Shown here in pieces: positions 57,895-64,000 of a stretch of DNA of 64,000 nucleotides. Below the pieces are notes generated by a model. That model had not been told where the DNA came from. It searched no databases and saw only the letters and a program-made list of their open reading frames with translations. Location: NCBI GenBank assembly GCA_963798845.1, contig CAWCUS010000002.1, positions 320,001-384,000 of the forward strand, written 5' to 3'. This stretch comes from an uncultured Gemmatimonadales bacterium. Its GTDB lineage: Bacteria > Gemmatimonadota > Gemmatimonadetes > Longimicrobiales > RSA9. How positions within the stretch are numbered: position 1 is the first letter of the stretch; each line of letters begins with the position of its first letter. The position numbers and the translations under genes were made by a program.

Positions 57895-59007
57895 ATGGCT
57901 GATGAAGCGCTGAAGCATACACCGCTCCACGAGGAGCACGTCGCCCTGAACGGCAAATTGGTCCCGTTCGCGGGCTACGCCATGCCGGTCCAGTACCCGA
58001 CGGGGATCGTCAGGGAGCACAACGCGGTCCGCGAAGCCGCCGGGCTGTTCGACGTGTCGCACATGGGCGAGTTCGACGTCCGCGGCCCGGAGGCTGACGC
58101 GTTCGTGCGCCACATGATCACGAACGACACGCTCCGGATGGTGCCCGGGCAGGCCCAGTACAACGTCATCTGCAACCCCGACGGTTACGCCCTGGACGAC
58201 TGCATCGTCTACCGGTTCGCGGACCACTGGATGGTCGTGGTGAACGCGGCCAACCTGGACAAGGACCGCGCCTGGTTCGAGACGGCCGCCAAGGGCTACG
58301 ACGTCGCGTTCACCGACCTCTCCGACGACGTTGGGCTAGTCGCGCTCCAGGGGCCGAAATCACAGAAGATCCTGGCGAAGCTCACGGACGCCGACCTCGA
58401 CGCCATCCGCTTCTATCACTTCGGTCCCGGCTCCGTCGCCGGGAAGAACGCCATCATCAGCCGCACCGGCTACACCGGGGAGGACGGCTTCGAGCTGTAT
58501 CTCGATGCGGCCGACACCGCGCACGTCTGGCGCGAGCTGCTCGCCGCCGGCGAAGCCGACGGTCTGATCCCCGCGGGGCTCGGCGCCCGCGACTCGCTTC
58601 GCCTCGAGGTCGGCTACATCCTCTACGGGAATGACCTGGACGAGCGCCGCACCCCGCTCGAAGCCGGGCTCGGCTGGGCGGTCAAGCTGGATGGCGAGGA
58701 CTTCATCGGTCGCGACGCCCTCAAGCGCCAGAAGGAACAGGGGCTGACCGAGAAGCTGGTGGGCTTCGTCCTCCAGGAGAAGGGGTTCCCGCGCCAGCAC
58801 TACGAGGTCCGCTACGAGGGCGAGCCGGCCGGCGAGGTCACCAGCGGCGTGCTCAGCCACTCCACCGGCAAGGGCGTGGGGATGGCCTATGTCCCCGCCG
58901 AGGCGGCGAAGCCGGGCACCCGGATCGACGTGGTGATCCGCGACCGCGCAATCCCCGCGGAGGTGGTGCGCCCGCCGTTCTACACCGAAGGGTCGGTGCG
59001 ACGCTGA
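57895..59007 (+). CDS. gcvT: Glycine cleavage system aminomethyltransferase T
   Basis: TPLHEEH, FAGYAMPVQY, LFDVSHMGE, SRTGYTGEDGFE, GLGARDSLRLE. Confidence 0.96.
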   Translation: MADEALKHTPLHEEHVALNGKLVPFAGYAMPVQYPTGIVREHNAVREAAGLFDVSHMGEFDVRGPEADAFVRHMITNDTLRMVPGQAQYNVICNPDGYALDDCIVYRFADHWMVVVNAANLDKDRAWFETAAKGYDVAFTDLSDDVGLVALQGPKSQKILAKLTDADLDAIRFYHFGPGSVAGKNAIISRTGYTGEDGFELYLDAADTAHVWRELLAAGEADGLIPAGLGARDSLRLEVGYILYGNDLDERRTPLEAGLGWAVKLDGEDFIGRDALKRQKEQGLTEKLVGFVLQEKGFPRQHYEVRYEGEPAGEVTSGVLSHSTGKGVGMAYVPAEAAKPGTRIDVVIRDRAIPAEVVRPPFYTEGSVRR

Positions 59008-59018
59008 CCCCGGACGCG

Positions 59019-59522
59019 ATGGCCCCGCTCCGCCTCGCCATCATCACGGTTTCCGACGCCGCGAGCCGCGGCGAGCGGGAGGACGCGAGCGGAGCCGCCA
59101 TTGCGGCATGGGCTGAAGAGCGGGGATACACCCTGGTCCGGACGGACGTGCTGCCCGACGAGCCGGCGCTGGTGCGCGAGCGCCTCGCCGGCCTCGCCGA
59201 CGAGGCGGGCGTCGATCTCGTCCTCACCACCGGCGGCACCGGCTTCACCGAGCGCGACACCACGCCCGAGGCCACCCTCGCCGTCATCGAGCGGGAGGCG
59301 CCCGGGGTCGCGGAAGCCATCCGGCTGGAAGGCGCCGCGAAGACCGCAGCGGCGTGGCTCTCGCGCGGCGTGGCCGGGATCCGGGGGCGGACCATCATCG
59401 TGAACCTGCCCGGCAGCCCGTCCGGCGTCCGCGACGGATTGGCCGTTCTGGACCGCCTGGTCGACCACGCCGTCCAGCTCCTCCGCGGCCGGGACACTCA
59501 CCTGCACCCGCACCATGGCTGA
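59019..59522 (+). CDS. Molybdopterin adenylyltransferase MogA/MoaB family
   Basis: ITVSD, DASG, TTGGTG..RDTTPEAT, LSRGVAG, NLPGSP. Confidence 0.92.
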   Translation: MAPLRLAIITVSDAASRGEREDASGAAIAAWAEERGYTLVRTDVLPDEPALVRERLAGLADEAGVDLVLTTGGTGFTERDTTPEATLAVIEREAPGVAEAIRLEGAAKTAAAWLSRGVAGIRGRTIIVNLPGSPSGVRDGLAVLDRLVDHAVQLLRGRDTHLHPHHG

Positions 59523-61095
59523 GCGCGTCCTCGTCACCACCAACGACCTGGAACCGGCCGTCCGGCTGCGGGACGCGTTCGCCGGGCACAAGCTCGCGGT
59601 CGAGCTCCTCACCCCGTCCGAGGAGATCGCCGACATCGAGGAGCCGGCTTTGCTCATCCTCACGGGTGGGCTCGGCACGCGCCGCGCCCGGCGGCTCGCC
59701 GCCGAGGCCGCTGCCCTCGACCGCCTTCCCGTGATAGCGCTGGCGGCGTCGGAGGAAGAGGCGCCGCCTTCGCTGCGCGCGCGCCTCGGCGTGCTCGAGA
59801 CGTTCCTCAAGCCCATCGACCCGGACGAGGTGGCCCTCGCCGGCAAGAGGCTCGTCGAGCGGCGCCGCCTGCGCGCCCTCACGGGCATCATCGGCCAGTC
59901 CGATGCCATCGAGGAGGTGCTGGAGCGCATCACGCAGATGGCGCCCGTAAACTCCAACCTCCTCATCACGGGGGAGAGCGGCAGCGGCAAGGAGCTCGTG
60001 GCTCGGGGCATCCACGTCCTGTCCGCGCGCCGGCATCGGCCGTTCATCGCGGCCAATGTCGCCGCGCTCACCGACACGTTGCTGGAGTCCGAGCTCTTCG
60101 GTCATGAGAAGGGCGCGTTCACCGGCGCCGTGGCGCAGCGGAAGGGCCTCTTCGAGCTTGCCGACCGGGGCACGCTCTTCCTCGACGAGATCGGCGAGAT
60201 GCCGCTGATCACGCAGACCAAGCTCCTGCGCGTGCTGGAGCAGCGCGAGTTCATGCGGGTCGGAGGCGAGCAGCCGATCCGGGTGGACGTGCGGGTGGTC
60301 GCCGCGACGAACCAGCCCCTCCGTCACCTCGTCGAGACCGGCGACTTTCGCCGCGACCTTTACTACCGCCTGAACGTCCTCCACATCGACCTGCCCCCTC
60401 TGCGGGAGCGTCGCGAGGACATCCCCCTGCTGGTCGACGAGTTCATACGCGTCACCGCCTCCGAGCACGACCTGGCGCCCGTGGAGATCAGCCCGGAAGC
60501 GATGGCGCTTCTGATCGAGCACGATTGGCCGGGCAACATCCGCGAGCTGCGCAACCTCATCGAGTCGGTCGTGGTCATGATGCCCGGCCGCACCATCACC
60601 GGCGCCGACATCCCGCCCTCCATCAAGGGCGGCGGTACGCGGCTGCTTCCCGGTCCGCCTCTCCCCCGCGCCAGGGAAGGTGAGGGCGACGAGGGCACCC
60701 GCCCCGCCCTCGAATTCATCTTCCGCATGCTCCTCCAGCTCCGCATGGACGTCGAGGACCTGAAGCGCGGCTTCGAGGAGTACCGCGAGCACCACACGCT
60801 GGAGCCCGCCCGGCTCGCCCTGCCGTACCCGTTTCCGCACCCCGCCGCGTCGCCCGGGCGGGACGTCTCGCCGTTGCCGGACGATGAACTCGACCTGGAC
60901 GCCGAGGAGGACGACCTCGAGGACGAGCGCACGATCGTGTACCGCTCCGGCATGACCATGCGCGAGGTGGAGCGGGAGGCCATCACCGCCGCGCTCAAGG
61001 AGACCGCCGGTAACCGCCGGGAAGCGGCCGAGAAGCTCGGCATCGGCGAGCGCACGCTTTACCGCAAGATCAAGGAATACGGGATACCGCTCTGA
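59515..61095 (+). CDS. Sigma-54-dependent activator with degenerate N-terminal receiver
   Basis: [43 protein letters not shown]. The N-domain keeps FLKP but lacks the acidic pocket. Confidence 0.9.
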   Translation: MAERVLVTTNDLEPAVRLRDAFAGHKLAVELLTPSEEIADIEEPALLILTGGLGTRRARRLAAEAAALDRLPVIALAASEEEAPPSLRARLGVLETFLKPIDPDEVALAGKRLVERRRLRALTGIIGQSDAIEEVLERITQMAPVNSNLLITGESGSGKELVARGIHVLSARRHRPFIAANVAALTDTLLESELFGHEKGAFTGAVAQRKGLFELADRGTLFLDEIGEMPLITQTKLLRVLEQREFMRVGGEQPIRVDVRVVAATNQPLRHLVETGDFRRDLYYRLNVLHIDLPPLRERREDIPLLVDEFIRVTASEHDLAPVEISPEAMALLIEHDWPGNIRELRNLIESVVVMMPGRTITGADIPPSIKGGGTRLLPGPPLPRAREGEGDEGTRPALEFIFRMLLQLRMDVEDLKRGFEEYREHHTLEPARLALPYPFPHPAASPGRDVSPLPDDELDLDAEEDDLEDERTIVYRSGMTMREVEREAITAALKETAGNRREAAEKLGIGERTLYRKIKEYGIPL

Positions 61096-61142
61096 ACCGC
61101 TCTCCCGGTCCCCCGGCCATCACCCGCGCCGTTGCCTCACTC

Positions 61143-61793
61143 ATGGTCGCCATGGCCGCGTGCGGCCCGGGAAGTGGCAACCCGCCGGGTGGAGCGGCCG
61201 CCGGTGCCGGCGGCGAGGCGGCCGACACAGGTCTGCCCGCGTCGCCAGGGTCCACTGCGGAGCCCGCCCCCGACATCGCTGCCGGCAGCGCCGGAGACAG
61301 CGCCATGGCAGGGACGTGGGCCGACACCGCTGCCGGCAGCGCCGGAGACAGCGCCATGGCAGGGACGTGGGCCGACACCGCTGTGCGCCGCGCCGCCCCG
61401 GCCGGGCAGGCCGTGGTGACGGATGCGAGCGTGGGCGGCCACGACGAGTACGACCGCTTCGTCCTCGAGTTCTCGGATCGTCAGCTCCCCGGCTACACGG
61501 TGGCGTTCGAGCCGGGGACGCCTCGCCAGTGCGGCTCGGGCGCCCCGGTCGCGCTTAGCGGCACGGCCGTCCTCACCGTGAGCCTGCGCTCCGCTGCGGC
61601 GCACGACGGGGCGGGGAAGCCGACGGTGCGCGAGCGCTCGCTGCACCCTGGACTGCCGGTAATGCGGGCCGTTCGGCTCACGTGCGATTTTGAGGGCGAG
61701 GTGTCCTGGGCGCTCGGCCTCGCGTCGAGGAGGCCGTTCCGCGTCTTCTCCCTGGAGGGACCCCCGAGGCTGGTGGTGGACGTACGCCGCTGA
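61143..61793 (+). CDS. Lipoprotein with AMIN-like domain
   Basis: MAAC lipobox-like site (start uncertain), HDEYDRFVLEF, CDFEGEVSWALG, PFRV..LEGPPRLVVDV. Confidence 0.7.
   Translation: MVAMAACGPGSGNPPGGAAAGAGGEAADTGLPASPGSTAEPAPDIAAGSAGDSAMAGTWADTAAGSAGDSAMAGTWADTAVRRAAPAGQAVVTDASVGGHDEYDRFVLEFSDRQLPGYTVAFEPGTPRQCGSGAPVALSGTAVLTVSLRSAAAHDGAGKPTVRERSLHPGLPVMRAVRLTCDFEGEVSWALGLASRRPFRVFSLEGPPRLVVDVRR
61277..61383 (+). repeat. 51-bp exact in-frame tandem duplication
   Basis: 61277-61327 is identical to 61328-61378 and encodes AAGSAGDSAMAGTWADT twice. Confidence 0.92.
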
Positions 61794-61799
61794 TCCGCC

Positions 61800-62465
61800 T
61801 CAGGGCGACCGGCGCCACCCTCCCGCCCGCGATTCCACCCGCGTTCGCTCTTCCTCCAGACGCGGGATCACCTGCTGGTACCAGTCCTCGCTCGTCCGCA
61901 GTCCGTAGCGGAGGGTGATCGGAAGCCCGTAGTCGAAGGCGGCGTCGATGACGTAGATCGCGCTCTGCGTGGCCTGCGGCTGAAGCAGCTGCCGACCCCA
62001 CCCGCTGGTCAGCGCCAGAATCCCCGCGGGGCGGAGCGTTCGCCCACGATGCGCCAGCTGAAGCTCTTCCGGCCGGTACTCCGTGTTCGGCTCCCGGCTG
62101 AAGAACGACACCAGGAAAAGCTCCGCCGGCCGACCGTCCGCCAGACGCTCCGCCTCCGCCTCCCGGCTCGACGCCAGCGCGTGCAGCCGCTCATAGGTGT
62201 CCGGCGCCGCCATGCGGATCACCGACTCGGACAGCGGCGTCACTTTGACGTTCAGCGCCCCGTCCGTCAGCGACATCGAGATCTCGTCCTGGCGCAGGCT
62301 GCCGTACCCGGCGGGCGGGAGCGCGACGTCCGAATCCGCCTGGACCGCAACCGTGTCCGCCGCGGGAGCCGGCATGGCTCCCGATGGGCTCACCGGCACC
62401 GGGGCGCACCCTACGGCCCCTCCCGCGAGCGCGGCCACGGCGAGACGGCAGGGTAGGGCGCTCAT
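61800..62465 (-). CDS. Hypothetical lipoprotein
   Basis: AVGC lipobox, 4-bp overlap with engB, coding-like composition (PAGYGSLRQDEI, VTPLSESVIR). Confidence 0.7.
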   Translation of the reverse strand: MSALPCRLAVAALAGGAVGCAPVPVSPSGAMPAPAADTVAVQADSDVALPPAGYGSLRQDEISMSLTDGALNVKVTPLSESVIRMAAPDTYERLHALASSREAEAERLADGRPAELFLVSFFSREPNTEYRPEELQLAHRGRTLRPAGILALTSGWGRQLLQPQATQSAIYVIDAAFDYGLPITLRYGLRTSEDWYQQVIPRLEEERTRVESRAGGWRRSP

Positions 62466-63088
62466 CCGCCGTCCTGGAGGAGTGCTTCCACGGCTTCAAT
62501 GAGCGCGTCCCGCCCCTCCCCCGAGACCGCCGAGAAGGGCACGATCTGCTCCATGTCGAGGGCCAGCTCGCCCGCGATCGACCGGAACTTCTCCTTCCTC
62601 TGACCCGCTTTCAGCTTGTCCACTTTCGTCAGCACCACCAGGATCGGGGTGCCCAGGCCGGTCAGGTATTCCAGCATTTGCCGATCATCCCGCGTAGGCC
62701 CGTGCCGCGCGTCCACCAGCTGCACCACTCCACGCAATCCTCGCGATCCGGCGAGGAATCCCTCGACCAGTGGCTTCCACGCTCCCAGCTGGTCCCTGGG
62801 CACACGCGCATACCCGTAACCGGGAAGGTCCACGAGGTGGAAGAGCAGAGCGTCGCTACCGTCGGAAGGCAGCGCGTCGACACGGTAGAAATTCACTTCC
62901 CGTGTCTTGCCCGGGGTTCCTGAGACACGCGCCACCGGCGTGCGGGTCCGGCCGAGCAGCCGGTTGATCAGGCTGGACTTCCCCACGTTGGACCGCCCCG
63001 AAAAGGCGATCTCCGGGAGCTCCGTCTCCGGGGCAGGGCCGTTGGGCTGGGCGATGGCCCCGACGAACTCGACCGACCGGATCTTCAC
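62462..63088 (-). CDS. engB: Ribosome biogenesis GTPase YihA/YsxC
   Basis: [31 protein letters not shown], downstream of clpX. Confidence 0.95.
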   Translation of the reverse strand: MKIRSVEFVGAIAQPNGPAPETELPEIAFSGRSNVGKSSLINRLLGRTRTPVARVSGTPGKTREVNFYRVDALPSDGSDALLFHLVDLPGYGYARVPRDQLGAWKPLVEGFLAGSRGLRGVVQLVDARHGPTRDDRQMLEYLTGLGTPILVVLTKVDKLKAGQRKEKFRSIAGELALDMEQIVPFSAVSGEGRDALIEAVEALLQDGG

Positions 63089-63098
63089 GCCGGCGGCC

Positions 63099-64000
63099 TC
63101 ACGCCTCCTTCTTCTTGGACTCCGGCCGCAGCACCAGGAGCGGCGGGATCCCCTCCGTGACGCACTCCGGCGTGATCACGACCTCGCGCACGTCGTCGCG
63201 CGACGGGATCTCGAACATGATATCGCGCATGTTCTCCTCCAGTACCGCGCGCAGGCCACGCGCGCCGGTGCCGCGCTCGAGCGCTCGACGCCCCACGGCG
63301 CGGATCGCGTCGGGATCGAACGTCAGCCCGATTCCCTCCAGCTCGAACATCTTCTGGTACTGCTTCACGAGCGCGTTCTTCGGCTCCTGCAGGATGCGCA
63401 CGAGCGCCTCCTCGTCGAGCGCAGCCAGCGTGACGCTCACCGGCAGACGCCCCACCAGCTCCGGGATCAGGCCGAAGCGCAAAAGGTCATCCGGCTCCAC
63501 GTCCTTGAAGGGCGCCGCCGACGTGTCCTTCGACGCCTCGCCCGCCGACGCGAACCCGATCTGCCGCTTGCCGGTGCGCGCCTCGATGATCTTCTCCAGA
63601 CCGTCGAACGCGCCGCCGCAGATGAACAGGATGTTGCGCGTGTCGACCTGGATGTACTCCTGCTGCGGGTGTTTGCGACCGCCCTGCGGCGGCACCGACG
63701 CCACCGTCCCTTCCAGGATCTTCAGCAGCGCCTGCTGGACACCCTCGCCGCTCACGTCCCGCGTGATGCTCGGGTTCTCCGATTTCCGCGCGATCTTGTC
63801 GATCTCGTCCACGTAGACGATCCCGCGCTCGCACTCCGCGATGTTGAAGTCCGCCGCCTGGAGCAGTCGGACCAGGATGTTCTCCACGTCCTCGCCCACG
63901 TACCCGGCCTCCGTGAGCGTCGTGGCATCGGCTATGGTGAACGGCACCTGGAGGATGCGGGCCAGCGTCTGGGCCAGCAGCGTCTTGCCCACGCCCGTCG
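63099..64000 (-). CDS. clpX: ATP-dependent Clp protease ATPase ClpX (5' truncated by the window edge)
   Basis: [39 protein letters not shown] loop, TGARGLR. Confidence 0.97.
   Translation of the reverse strand, partial: TGVGKTLLAQTLARILQVPFTIADATTLTEAGYVGEDVENILVRLLQAADFNIAECERGIVYVDEIDKIARKSENPSITRDVSGEGVQQALLKILEGTVASVPPQGGRKHPQQEYIQVDTRNILFICGGAFDGLEKIIEARTGKRQIGFASAGEASKDTSAAPFKDVEPDDLLRFGLIPELVGRLPVSVTLAALDEEALVRILQEPKNALVKQYQKMFELEGIGLTFDPDAIRAVGRRALERGTGARGLRAVLEENMRDIMFEIPSRDDVREVVITPECVTEGIPPLLVLRPESKKKEA

Overview
High-GC bacterial chromosomal window with no mobile elements, rRNA/tRNA genes or CRISPR arrays that I can see. The gene content and synteny suggest Gemmatimonadota (inference only). 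Left part (1-28 kb): a GHMP sugar kinase with a nucleotidyltransferase, an SMP-30 lipoprotein, a duplicated ABC permease, a tryptophanase-GNAT-TrmH run and a GGDEF protein. Then come a metal-uptake operon (outer-membrane receptor, ZnuA-like, ZnuB-like, no ATPase) preceded by a small exported leader ORF ending in a RAPP arrest-type motif, two peptidases, an MFS transporter, ettA, mpl, a cardiolipin synthase, an ADP-forming acyl-CoA ligase and a metalloprotease/beta-propeller/Omp85 fusion. Middle (28-48 kb): a large type IV pilus locus with two sigma-54 two-component systems, a GT2 plus TMTC-like glycosyltransferase pair directly upstream of the major pilin, two complete FimT-PilV-PilW-PilX minor-pilin sets and pilMNOPQ. 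Right part (48-64 kb): housekeeping genes aroC, aroK, topA, trmFO, xerC, hslVU, argF, gcvT, a mog/moaB gene, a sigma-54 activator, engB and clpX. Frameshifts in ettA, the acyl-CoA ligase and the pilin look like consensus errors. The best novelty candidates are the RAPP-leader-controlled, ATPase-less metal import operon and the TMTC-like pilin glycosylation module.
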